NCBI GenBank assembly: GCA_021777355.1 | Contig: JAJYDO010000004.1 | Coordinates: 1-63,026 of the forward strand | Length of the DNA: 63,026 nucleotides | Source: Actinomycetes bacterium | GTDB taxonomy: Bacteria; Actinomycetota; Acidimicrobiia; Acidimicrobiales; JABEUL01 | Direction: 5' to 3' | Shown: piece after piece, positions 9,601 through 22,245 of the stretch | How the letters are laid out: the number at the start of each line of letters is the position of its first letter | How positions within the stretch are numbered: position 1 is the first letter of the stretch | Made by a program: the position numbers and the translations under genes | The notes under the pieces: model-generated | Databases searched by the model: none | What the model was told of the DNA's origin: nothing | What the model saw: only the letters and a program-made list of their open reading frames with translations

Positions 9601-10064
9601 CCGGCGAAGCGATCCAGGGGCACGAGATCCAGGCAGACGCTGCAGGTATCTTGATCAATTAGCGATCCGACGTGGATATCACTAGAAAGGAAATAATCAC
9701 TTCCAGGTACGACAAGCCCGTGCTTAGCAATTTGTTCGGTTGATAAGTTGGCTGCGTTCGGTCCCGAAGCCCAGTGATAAACCGTTTTTATTTTAGTTCC
9801 AGGGCCAAATTCGTGTATGAATTCGTCAGAGTTGTAACGAACTTTAACTTCAACATGGTGGCATCGACCTATGTGGATATGGTTATGGTCTCGAATCCCC
9901 GCTTCTTCGATGGTGAGGTCGAGGTCGAGGTCATCGTCAACTTCCTCAATCCAAACCTTTTCGTCCGGATCAGAATCAATTACAAGCTCTCTGACTCTGG
10001 ATGTTGCTTCGACTTCTCTAATAACCGGTTTTTCACTTGAGTAATTGTGTAAAAATAGTTCCAT
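9597..10064 (-). CDS. bilA: Ubiquitin-like protein, probably two beta-grasp domains (ISG15-like, BilA-like)
   Basis: 155 aa; TIEEAGI and IHVGSL Ubl-like segments; ends LDLVPLDRFAG with a terminal Gly; first gene of an E2-JAB-E1 operon. Confidence 0.8.
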   Translation of the reverse strand: MELFLHNYSSEKPVIREVEATSRVRELVIDSDPDEKVWIEEVDDDLDLDLTIEEAGIRDHNHIHIGRCHHVEVKVRYNSDEFIHEFGPGTKIKTVYHWASGPNAANLSTEQIAKHGLVVPGSDYFLSSDIHVGSLIDQDTCSVCLDLVPLDRFAG

Positions 10065-10118
10065 GAATCCATCTTTCTATTGTGGTATCCCCCTGACAGC
10101 ATCGGGGAGCGGGTATAC

Positions 10119-10163
10119 TTTACCTCTGAGGTATATGATATCATATTTACCTTAGAGGTATAT
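10119..10163. promoter_or_regulatory. Tandem palindromic operator between the divergent bil operon and the higBA-like pair
   Basis: TACCTCTGAGGTA 10121-10133 and TACCTTAGAGGTA 10148-10160 flank the perfect palindrome ATATGATATCATAT 10133-10146. Confidence 0.7.
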
Positions 10164-10179
10164 CATTTGGCAAAAAACT

Positions 10180-10482
10180 ATGAAAATAACTTTCTACAGA
10201 GCGGCGCTCGCGTCGTTGTGTAACTCGGAACAGCGCTTGGTTGAACTTTGGGGAAAAGATGATGGGCATATGGTTGGGCGCAGATTGCTAGAGCTTCGTG
10301 CAGTAGATACGGGTAGCATCGAAAATCTCCCGAAAGTGGTTATAAAGAAGGGTAACGGGGGCGATACAACTATAGACTTCGGAGGGAAGATAATAGTCCG
10401 TGGACTAATCACGAGCGCCAACTTGGTGGAAGAAAGTATCTTGATCACTAGTATTGAGGTCAAAGGGAGTGTTCGTAAGTGA
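10180..10482 (+). CDS. HigB/RelE-like toxin, divergent or degenerate
   Basis: N-terminus MKITF...LASLCNSE...WG...RRLLELRA resembles HigB killer proteins; GTGA overlap with the HigA-like gene. Confidence 0.6.
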   Translation: MKITFYRAALASLCNSEQRLVELWGKDDGHMVGRRLLELRAVDTGSIENLPKVVIKKGNGGDTTIDFGGKIIVRGLITSANLVEESILITSIEVKGSVRK

Positions 10483-11549
10483 CAAGAAGCAAACAATATC
10501 CGTATCGCCCGGACTACATGATTCCTCCTGGCGAGACATTGCGGGACAAAATCACCGGGATGAACTTATCTCAGGCTGAATTGGCGGTACGGGCAGGGAT
10601 CTCCGCCAAACATGTGAATCAAATTGTGCATGGAGTGGCACCTATCACTTTGGAGACGGCTATAGCGCTTGACCGGATTACCGGTATTCCCGCCAGTGTT
10701 TGGAACCACCTCGAGGCAAACTACCGCGAGACACTACTTCGTTATACGGCAAGTACTCTTTCAGTGGATGACCAAGCCTGGATGGATTCATTACCAATCA
10801 ACGAGTTAAAGCGACGTAAAATCCTTCCAGATGAGAAAGATCGAGTGAAGTTATTCGACGCTTTATTGTCATTTTTTGGGGTTGCCGACCGTGTAGCTTG
10901 GGATCGTATATGGAAAGGACAAGTAGCATCTTTTCGAAGGTCCAGCGCGTACCGAAGCGCTCCGGAGTCGGTAATATCATGGCTGCGAATAGCACAAATT
11001 TCAGCACAAGCAGTTAACACTGAGATGTTTTCTACCACCAAGTTTCGGAAAGTGCTCAGTGAGATCCGCTCTCTCACTTCGAACGGTGACCCCAATGATA
11101 TCGTTCCATTGTGTGCTGAGGCAGGAGTGGTAGTCGTCTTTGTTTCCGAAGTTAAGGGATGTCACATCAGCGGAGCCGCATGGTGGGCGAGTAAGAACAG
11201 AGCTATTATTTCTCTAAGTGATCGATACAAAAGGGATGATCAATTCTGGTTCTCTTTCTTCCACGAAGCGGCTCATTTACTTATGCACTCAAAGAAGGAA
11301 ACTTTCGTAGATGATGGTAAAGACAACAACATAGTCGAAGAGGAAGCCGACACATTTGCAGCGAACTTTCTAATACCACGAAATTATGAGGAGCTTTTGG
11401 TCACCCTAAAGACGGAAAGTGATGTTAGAGCTTTTGCTTCGGAAATTGGCATAGCTCCCGGAATAGTTGTGGGGCGGCTACAGCATGACCGAAAGTTGGA
11501 TTGGAGTCAAGGAAATAATCTTAAGCGCGGGTTGCGCATCATCGACTGA
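10479..11549 (+). CDS. higA: HigA-type XRE HTH fused to ImmA/IrrE-family zinc metallopeptidase
   Basis: PPGETL...SQAELAVRAGISAKHVNQIVHG HTH; FWFSFFHEAAH (HExxH) and EEEADTFA. Confidence 0.85.
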   Translation: MTRSKQYPYRPDYMIPPGETLRDKITGMNLSQAELAVRAGISAKHVNQIVHGVAPITLETAIALDRITGIPASVWNHLEANYRETLLRYTASTLSVDDQAWMDSLPINELKRRKILPDEKDRVKLFDALLSFFGVADRVAWDRIWKGQVASFRRSSAYRSAPESVISWLRIAQISAQAVNTEMFSTTKFRKVLSEIRSLTSNGDPNDIVPLCAEAGVVVVFVSEVKGCHISGAAWWASKNRAIISLSDRYKRDDQFWFSFFHEAAHLLMHSKKETFVDDGKDNNIVEEEADTFAANFLIPRNYEELLVTLKTESDVRAFASEIGIAPGIVVGRLQHDRKLDWSQGNNLKRGLRIID

Positions 11550-11997
11550 TGATTTAATATCTTGGGTATAGCGATTCTATTAAGCGGCCCGTCCGTCCTC
11601 GAGGTTGCGTTGTACTAACAATCTTCTACTTGAAAATTATCGCTTGACGTCAAAATGAATCATTATCACAACCTTAACAATCTACGTGCAGTCGCGTGCT
11701 GTTGATTAATGAAGCTTTTGAGAAACATAGTTGCAGCCATACAAAACACGGATTATTAGACATTGTTGAAAATCGTGCGATTGATAGCCTAGGCAATATC
11801 TAGCTCTCTTGAATGATAAATACCGCTCCAATAACTGATTGTTCAAAGTTACTTTTGCAGCGATTACGTGTCACAAATACCGGATGATTGCAGTAACATA
11901 CTGTCACGCAAGTTACTTAAATTGCCAGTTGACTTGTGTAAGTGTTCTAACTAATAACTTGTAACCAATACCTTGCTTGTCATAAAAGTGCCACCAC

Positions 11998-12046
11998 TAG
12001 CTTTCCCAAGCTGAGTCCTCGGGTTTGATTTTCGCTGCCCATTCCA
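11998..12046 (+). pseudogene. Degenerate 3' half of a tRNA-Gly(CCC), att-like scar
   Basis: AGCTTTCCCAAGCTGAG anticodon arm, CGGGTTTGATTTTCG decayed T-arm, ends TCCA. Confidence 0.5.
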
Positions 12047-12170
12047 AAAAGAAAGTCGAGAGCTTATTAGCTACCTAACGGATTATCCTCGACCAAGAAC
12101 CTATGGCTTAATTATCTCTCTGGCGCCACAAACTACAGGAAATCTTGGAAAATGACGATAAACGCAGGCT

Positions 12171-12198
12171 GCTGGTTCAAATCCAGATGACCCCACTA
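12171..12198 (+). repeat. Inverted degenerate copy of the tRNA-Ile 3' end (att-like)
   Basis: GCTGGTTCAAATCCAGATGACCCCACTA matches tRNA GCTGGTTCAAGTCCAGCTAGCCCCACCA at 23/28. Confidence 0.65.
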
Positions 12199-12243
12199 AT
12201 CCTAGAAAAGGCGACTCAATTCAGTCCTTGGATTGGTCTATTT

Positions 12244-12293
12244 CGTGCCCCAAACGTGCCCCACCAGAATAAAAACGTGCCCCAAACGTGCCC
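12244..12293 (+). repeat. Four CGTGCCC repeats in two pairs (integrase arm-type sites)
   Basis: CGTGCCCCAAACGTGCCC at 12244 and 12276; 11-bp spacing within each pair. Confidence 0.7.
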
Positions 12294-12387
12294 TTTCCAG
12301 GGGTATTTCAAGGGAATTGTGGGTAAACAAAGGTGTTAACAAGTGACTGATAAATATAGTCTGACCTGCGATAATGGTCCATTTTCC

Positions 12388-12464
12388 TGGTGGGGCTAGC
12401 TGGACTTGAACCAGCGACCTCAGCATTATCAGTGCTGCGCTCTAACCAGCTGAGCTATAGCCCC
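12388..12464 (-). tRNA. tRNA-Ile(GAT)
   Basis: GGGGCTA/TAGCCCC acceptor stem, anticodon loop CTGATAA, GGTTCAAGTCC T-arm, encoded CCA; 77 nt; downstream of gyrA. Confidence 0.97.
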
Positions 12465-12528
12465 AATGTGTATGAGAAATTAATATTACTCTGAATCCAA
12501 TCATTGGTCGAAAAACCCCCCGTTTTTG

Positions 12529-16975
<4,447 letters not shown>

Positions 16976-17065
16976 TTACTCTTTCCGGGCTAAAAGGACC
17001 TAATTTCTTGGTTTAGTCCTAACCTTTCTACATATATACACTACCAGTTATAGCGGCTTCAGAAG

Positions 17066-17371
17066 TCATTTTTTGGGTCTTCTGACCATTACTTTCACGT
17101 CTCTGGGCGCCTGCTCTTTGAATCTTTCTTCCAATTTCGAAATTACTAGCGGGATTAGGTACTTTGATTGGGATGCCCAACCCGGATCTTCAGTCTCAAG
17201 GGTTAAAACACCATCTAAAATGGTATAAGGTTTTGAGAATTTTGCTATCTCTTTTCCGGCTATTTCCGGCCAGTTTGAAAAGATCTCCTTAATTACCGCT
17301 AAGGGTCCGGCTTCTGTACGGCTTAACAGCTTCTCCAATGCTACATTCAGTCTCTCCGCATCTTTTTCCAT
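17066..17371 (-). CDS. DUF721/DciA family protein
   Basis: WPEIAG...P...GVL...WA pattern; conserved position between recF and gyrB. Confidence 0.8.
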   Translation of the reverse strand: MEKDAERLNVALEKLLSRTEAGPLAVIKEIFSNWPEIAGKEIAKFSKPYTILDGVLTLETEDPGWASQSKYLIPLVISKLEERFKEQAPRDVKVMVRRPKK

Positions 17372-17373
17372 GG

Positions 17374-18444
17374 CTATGTAAAAGGGGTTTCCATAATAAC
17401 TTCTTGGCTGACTTCAAGACCTGGGAGCTTTAGGGCCGAAGTGATAAAAACCTGATCTTTTGGGAGATTTTCAAGGAGTCCGAATATCCTTGAGATATCC
17501 AACTCTGAAGTAATGTCATCCAAAAGCATTACCGGCGCTTCTCCAAACTCATCGGTGAGTAACAAATGTCCCGATAAGATAAATGTTAACGCCAAACTTC
17601 TTTGCTCTCCCCTAGATGCCTGGGTTCTGGAATCACGGTTATTTAAAAATATCTCTATATCGTCTCTGTGGGGACCAACTGAAGTTGTGGCTTTCTTTAT
17701 ATCTTCTTCTCTTGCTTTCTCTAAGCATGAAATTAAAGAACCATGCCACGTTTTTTGGTATTTAATCTTTACTGAATCTTCTTTTTTTGTTAATTCTTTA
17801 TAAGCAAGAGTAATTTGCGGGCTCAGTTTTTCCAATAGATTTACTCTCTCGAAAACTATTTGCTCACCTGACAAAGCTACTCTTTCATCCCATACTCTAA
17901 GGGATCTCTCAAAGTCTTTATCTTGTCTGATTTGGTTTTGTTTTAATAATCTGTTTCTCTGAATTACTGCTTTTTCATAACGCTCAAGTTCGTCTTTGTA
18001 TTTCAAACTCATTTCACTAGCAAGGCGATCTAAATAGCTTCTTCTTTTTTCCGGTGGCCCGGGAATAAGGTTCACATCGTCAGGGGTAAATAGTGTTGCT
18101 TTTAAATTAATATCATATTTTTTTGAGATTGTTTTAGGCTGAACTAAATTTCCGTTAAAGGTAGTTAAAAGTTTTTGTCCTACGTCAATGTTTATAGCTA
18201 GATCTCTATTTTGATAGTTAGTGACCGATTGGATTAAAGCCTTTTCCTCACCTTTTTTTATTAGAGTTGAATTGTTTCCCGGCCTAAACGAACTTTGATT
18301 TATTACTAAATATATTGCCTCTAATAGTGTGGTCTTCCCAGTTCCATTTTTACCAATTATTGATATTAAACCTTCATTGTGGAATTTCCATGTTCCTTTG
18401 GATATATTTCTGAGATTTTCAATATAGAGTTCATCTATGTTCAT
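17374..18444 (-). CDS. recF: DNA replication/repair protein RecF
   Basis: GKNGTGKT, GPHRDD, SRGEQR, LLDDITSELD. Confidence 0.95.
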   Translation of the reverse strand: MNIDELYIENLRNISKGTWKFHNEGLISIIGKNGTGKTTLLEAIYLVINQSSFRPGNNSTLIKKGEEKALIQSVTNYQNRDLAINIDVGQKLLTTFNGNLVQPKTISKKYDINLKATLFTPDDVNLIPGPPEKRRSYLDRLASEMSLKYKDELERYEKAVIQRNRLLKQNQIRQDKDFERSLRVWDERVALSGEQIVFERVNLLEKLSPQITLAYKELTKKEDSVKIKYQKTWHGSLISCLEKAREEDIKKATTSVGPHRDDIEIFLNNRDSRTQASRGEQRSLALTFILSGHLLLTDEFGEAPVMLLDDITSELDISRIFGLLENLPKDQVFITSALKLPGLEVSQEVIMETPFT

Positions 18445-18453
18445 TTATGAAAA

Positions 18454-19557
18454 TTAAGCAACTCTCACTGGCATTAGAACATATCGATAATTGCTGTCGC
18501 TCACTCCGCTTATAAGTGCCGGTTTTCCTTTTTCAGGGACTCTAATCATTACTTCGTTTTCTGTTACGGCTTCTATGCCATCTGCTAAATACTGCGGGTT
18601 AAACGAAGTGGAAGTTGGTTCGCCATCAATCTCGCCATCCATTCTCTCTACGGCTTTACCTACTTCCGACGTGACTACTGCTAACTCTAAGCCTCCCTCA
18701 TCAGTTGTTAATCTCACAGACGTTGTGGCATCCCTAACCAATAATCTCATTCTTTTAATTGCTTCAAGGATAACTGATTTCTCTACCTTTATGGTTTGAA
18801 TAAATTCTTTTGGTATCAATTGTTCGTAGCTTGGAAAAGAATCGTTAATTAATTGGGTTGTTAATGAAGTGTTACCTATTCTGAATCTTGCATGCAACCC
18901 GTCCATGTATAAAAATATGGCGTCTTCACCTTGTGATTCAGCCATCCTGTCAACTTCATGCAACGCACGTGCTGGAACTAAAACTTGGGTTCCGGATGAA
19001 ATGGCTTTTGTGTCGACTAGATCTCTTATGGCCAAACGGTATGAGTCAGTTGCAACAAGTCTTAATGAGGTTTCGTTTGCACTCAGCAACACACCGGTTA
19101 AAACCGGCCTCACTTCATCATCAGATGCTGACCTCACTACTTGGGATATAGCTTCTGACAAACTTTTTGCTGGGAGTTCTACTTCATCGCCTGTTATATC
19201 CGGAGTCGGCGGAAAAGTTTCAAGCGGGTATATTTGGACTTCAAAGTGCGTTCTTCCGGCCTCTATTATTGCTTTGTCATCTTCTACAACTATTGACACT
19301 GAACCTTCTGGCATAGACCTTGCTATGTCGGTTATCAGCCTTGATGGTATTACCCCGGAACCATTTTCTCTTCCGTCAACCTCCATTGTCGTAATAATTG
19401 TCGTGTCGATATCGGTAGCAGTAAGGGTTGCTGAATTTCCGTCAACTACGAATTTGATGCCTGATCTCGTCGAAGGTCCAACACCTCGGGCTTGAGCTGC
19501 TCTCCCCACAAGCGCGAGAGTTTTTACTAAATAATCACGCTCAGCTAAAAACCTCAT
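18454..19557 (-). CDS. dnaN: DNA polymerase III beta clamp
   Basis: RPVLTGV, VATDSYRL, FNPQYL, C-terminal VLMPVR. Confidence 0.97.
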   Translation of the reverse strand: MRFLAERDYLVKTLALVGRAAQARGVGPSTRSGIKFVVDGNSATLTATDIDTTIITTMEVDGRENGSGVIPSRLITDIARSMPEGSVSIVVEDDKAIIEAGRTHFEVQIYPLETFPPTPDITGDEVELPAKSLSEAISQVVRSASDDEVRPVLTGVLLSANETSLRLVATDSYRLAIRDLVDTKAISSGTQVLVPARALHEVDRMAESQGEDAIFLYMDGLHARFRIGNTSLTTQLINDSFPSYEQLIPKEFIQTIKVEKSVILEAIKRMRLLVRDATTSVRLTTDEGGLELAVVTSEVGKAVERMDGEIDGEPTSTSFNPQYLADGIEAVTENEVMIRVPEKGKPALISGVSDSNYRYVLMPVRVA

Positions 19558-19570
19558 GTAATTCCCTTCT

Positions 19571-19819
19571 GTTTAAAAGTTTTATATATAAATATAGTTA
19601 GTAGTAGTAGGCCTGTGGATAGTGGATAACTAACTATAAACCCAGATTGCGAGCGATGTTGCAACATGGACAAACTAAGGCGTTTTCCACAACTATAGGG
19701 ATAACTTGCTTAAGTCCACGAAACCTTCCATTCCCTTCCACAATCAAACCATTTCTTCCACAACCCCCAATGCCTGATCTCCACCCATTATTCGAAATTT
19801 ATCCATAACTTTATCCACA
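19571..19819. other. oriC: DnaA boxes, DnaA-trios and AT-rich unwinding element
   Basis: Minus strand TTATCCACTATCCACA-GGC-CTACTACTACTAACTA-TATTTATATATAAAA (19629-19580); further boxes TTTTCCACA 19683, TCTTCCACA 19754, TTATCCATA 19799, TTATCCACA 19811. Confidence 0.9.
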
Positions 19820-19829
19820 AACCTTAAAG

Positions 19830-21185
19830 CTACTGATTCCCTTGCTTAATTTTGCGGATCAAATCAGTTACCTGGTCATATATAGCTCTTCGTTCGCCCA
19901 TAAGTGAAGATATTTTCTCAACGGCGTGAATAACGGTGGTGTGGTCCCGATTACCAAACTCTCTTGCGATAGCAGGATATGAGTAATCCGTTAGTTCACG
20001 ACATAAGTACATACCTATTTGACGTGCCAAAACTAAAGGTCTTCTTCTGCTGGGTCCACAAATATCCTCAATTGAAAATCCGAAAATGTTGGCGGTTTCT
20101 ATCATTATTATTGAAGGAGTAATCTGGCGGGGCGCAAACGAGGCCAAAATATCAGCCAATGCAGTCTCAGCCAGACCTAAATTAACTGAAAGTCCATTAA
20201 GAGAGGCATAAGCGCTCACTCTTATTAAAGCTCCCTCTAGTTCTCTGATGTTGTTAGTGACATGAGTGGCAATAAATTCCTGAACATCATCAGGAACCAC
20301 CAAACCGTCTTTTTCTGCTTTTGAACGAAGAATGGCTATTCTGGTTTCCAGTTCCGGAGGCTGGATGTCAGTTATTAATCCAGACATAAATCTGCTCCGC
20401 AGCCTGTCTTCAACAGTGGCCAAAGATCTCGGCGGCCGATCCGAGGTCAAGACTACTTGTTTTGATGCATTGTATAAAGAATTAAAAGTATGGAAGAACT
20501 CCTCTTGAAGAGAGTCGCTCTTTTCTAAAAACTGAATATCATCAACCAACAAGACATCACACTCTCTGTAACGGCGTTTAAAAGCCGTCGGAGTTGAAGA
20601 TCGGATAGCTTCAACAAACTCATTCATAAAGGTTTCAGTGGAAACATATCTAACAGTCATCATTGGAAAATGTTCGTTTACGTAGTTTCCAATTGCATAT
20701 AACAGGTGAGTTTTTCCGAGTCCGGCGTCACCATGAATAAATAGAGGATTATATGATTTAGCAGGGGATTCAGCTACTGACATGGCAGCGGCGTGTGCAA
20801 ATCGGTTAGATGGTCCAATCACAAAAGAATCGAATACAAATCTTCTATTTACATTCTCCTCGCTTGATGTCTTTCTTGGGGAAAGGGTGGTCTTTTCCTC
20901 AACTTCCGGCAAAATCTCCACCACCTCAGTTGCAGCCAAGGGCTCTCTTTCAATAATTTTTATCTCCATGGGCTCTTTGGCTATCTCTGACAAAAGCTCC
21001 TCTATTACATCTTTATATCTAGTTAGTAAGCGGTCTCTAATCAGTGAACTAGGAGCTGACAGCACCAACTGGTTGGCCTCTTGCTCTTCAAATCGAATGC
21101 CCGCCAACCAGAGATTCCACGTTGCTCCCTGAAACTGCTCTTTAAGTGCTCCAGATGCACTATTCCACAACTCAGTTCCCTTCAT
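19830..21185 (-). CDS. dnaA: Chromosomal replication initiator DnaA (alternative TTG start 21203)
   Basis: YNPLFIHGDAGLGKTHL, DDIQF, NIRELEGAL, RDHTTVIHA. Confidence 0.98.
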   Translation of the reverse strand: MKGTELWNSASGALKEQFQGATWNLWLAGIRFEEQEANQLVLSAPSSLIRDRLLTRYKDVIEELLSEIAKEPMEIKIIEREPLAATEVVEILPEVEEKTTLSPRKTSSEENVNRRFVFDSFVIGPSNRFAHAAAMSVAESPAKSYNPLFIHGDAGLGKTHLLYAIGNYVNEHFPMMTVRYVSTETFMNEFVEAIRSSTPTAFKRRYRECDVLLVDDIQFLEKSDSLQEEFFHTFNSLYNASKQVVLTSDRPPRSLATVEDRLRSRFMSGLITDIQPPELETRIAILRSKAEKDGLVVPDDVQEFIATHVTNNIRELEGALIRVSAYASLNGLSVNLGLAETALADILASFAPRQITPSIIMIETANIFGFSIEDICGPSRRRPLVLARQIGMYLCRELTDYSYPAIAREFGNRDHTTVIHAVEKISSLMGERRAIYDQVTDLIRKIKQGNQ

Positions 21186-21214
21186 GCCCCAAAAGCCCCC
21201 CAAGTAATACCATT

Positions 21215-21285
21215 AAATCCACAGACATTTCCACAGTTGTGGACTACGGTTTTCACGGATATGCAGTTTTCTTCAGTTTTCCACA
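21215..21285. promoter_or_regulatory. DnaA-box cluster upstream of dnaA
   Basis: AAATCCACA 21215, ATTTCCACA 21227, TGTGGACTA 21238, TTTTCCACA 21277. Confidence 0.75.
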
Positions 21286-21534
21286 TAAATTTCTCATTCT
21301 CCATACTCCGATTAAACACGTAATTAACACTAGAACTAGCAAAATACACTCTTTTCAACGTTACTGCCGAAAATACACCTCTGAATTACTGGCTAAAATG
21401 GAACAGGCCCTAATTGGCGGCTTTAATCCCCAATTAAAATGGCCAAAAGTGGTCTCTTATCGGATCAAATAAGATGAAATAACTAAGGGGATCGTCCCCA
21501 GGGCTCAGATACCCAAAATCTCAGTGAGGATTCA

Positions 21535-21669
21535 GTGAAAAGGACTTTTCAACCAAATAACAGAAAACGTGCTCGTAAGCACGGCTTTCGCCACCGTATG
21601 GCCACCAGGGCCGGCCAGTCGATAATCAAGGCAAGAAGGCGCAAGGGACGTTTGCGCCTCAGTGCGTGA
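21535..21669 (+). CDS. rpmH: 50S ribosomal protein L34 (missing from the ORF track)
   Basis: GTG start; [44 protein letters not shown]. Confidence 0.97.
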   Translation: MKRTFQPNNRKRARKHGFRHRMATRAGQSIIKARRRKGRLRLSA

Positions 21670-22028
21670 GCTATAAACTCCAATCAATTTGTGACAGGCG
21701 GACTTTTGCTGCCCTTAAGGCCACGAAATTTAGTGCCCGCCACGGGTTGGTCCGCGCTTTTTTTGCCGATTCAGGGGAGGAAACGAATCCAAGAATAGCC
21801 TTCGCGGTGTCAAAAAAAGTTGGCAACTCCGTGGAAAGAAACCGAATTCGTCGTCGCATTCGAGCGGCAGTTACGTCAAATCTGGACCAATTAGCACCGG
21901 GGAATTATCTTATTATTCCTGGAAGCGGGGTACTTGATGCGAGTTTTAATGAATTAAAGCAAGATGTGCTGGAATCCATGAAAAGATCCTCCCAGAAAGC
22001 TGCCGGATTGGAATTAACCAATGGTTAG
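21666..22028 (+). CDS. rnpA: RNase P protein component
   Basis: [18 protein letters not shown]. Confidence 0.93.
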   Translation: MSYKLQSICDRRTFAALKATKFSARHGLVRAFFADSGEETNPRIAFAVSKKVGNSVERNRIRRRIRAAVTSNLDQLAPGNYLIIPGSGVLDASFNELKQDVLESMKRSSQKAAGLELTNG

Positions 22029-22230
22029 ATTTGCAATGTTCCTGGTCAGGGGATATCAGACTTTAATGTTTTGGAAGCCCTCCCCTTGTAGATTTAGCCC
22101 AAGTTGTTCAAATTATGCTCTTGAAGCTCTTGAGAAGCACGGACTTATAAGAGGAACAACCCTCGCCACAAAGCGTATTTTTCGCTGTCATCCTTTTGGG
22201 GCATTTGGACATGATCCGGTCCCAGATTAA
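22021..22230 (+). CDS. yidD: Membrane protein insertion efficiency factor YidD
   Basis: [10 protein letters not shown]...RCHPF...DPVP. Confidence 0.95.
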   Translation: MVRFAMFLVRGYQTLMFWKPSPCRFSPSCSNYALEALEKHGLIRGTTLATKRIFRCHPFGAFGHDPVPD

Positions 22231-22245
22231 TAAATAAGGAAATAG

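Larger units (their letters stand above)
1..12387. mobile_element. Right part of a tRNA-Ile-anchored genomic (defence) island; left end and any integrase lie outside the window
   Basis: Defence-type cargo directly abuts the tRNA-Ile 3' end; arm-like repeats (12244-12293) and degenerate tRNA fragments (11998-12046, 12171-12198) at the junction; core gyrA on the other side. Confidence 0.7.

Noticed and set aside
7252-10064. ThiF/MoeB sulfur-carrier pathway or CBASS Cap2/Cap3
   Set aside because: An E2 is present, the Ubl is much longer than ThiS/MoaD, and there are no thiamine/Moco genes, CD-NTase or effector
12244-12293. CRISPR-like array
   Set aside because: Units are 7-18 bp with no 25-40 bp unique spacers and no cas genes
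12145-12426. ORFs 12145..12339 (+) and 12238..12426 (-)
   Set aside because: They run through att-like repeats and the tRNA; no RBS or protein-like features
12388-12464. tRNA-Ala identity suggested by the GGGGCTA 5' end
   Set aside because: Anticodon is GAT and pair 3:70 is G:C, not G:U
18869-19495. Long antisense ORFs (also 8273..8818, 24224..24799, 28676..29185, 34959..35519)
   Set aside because: Shadow frames opposite well-supported genes, with no motifs
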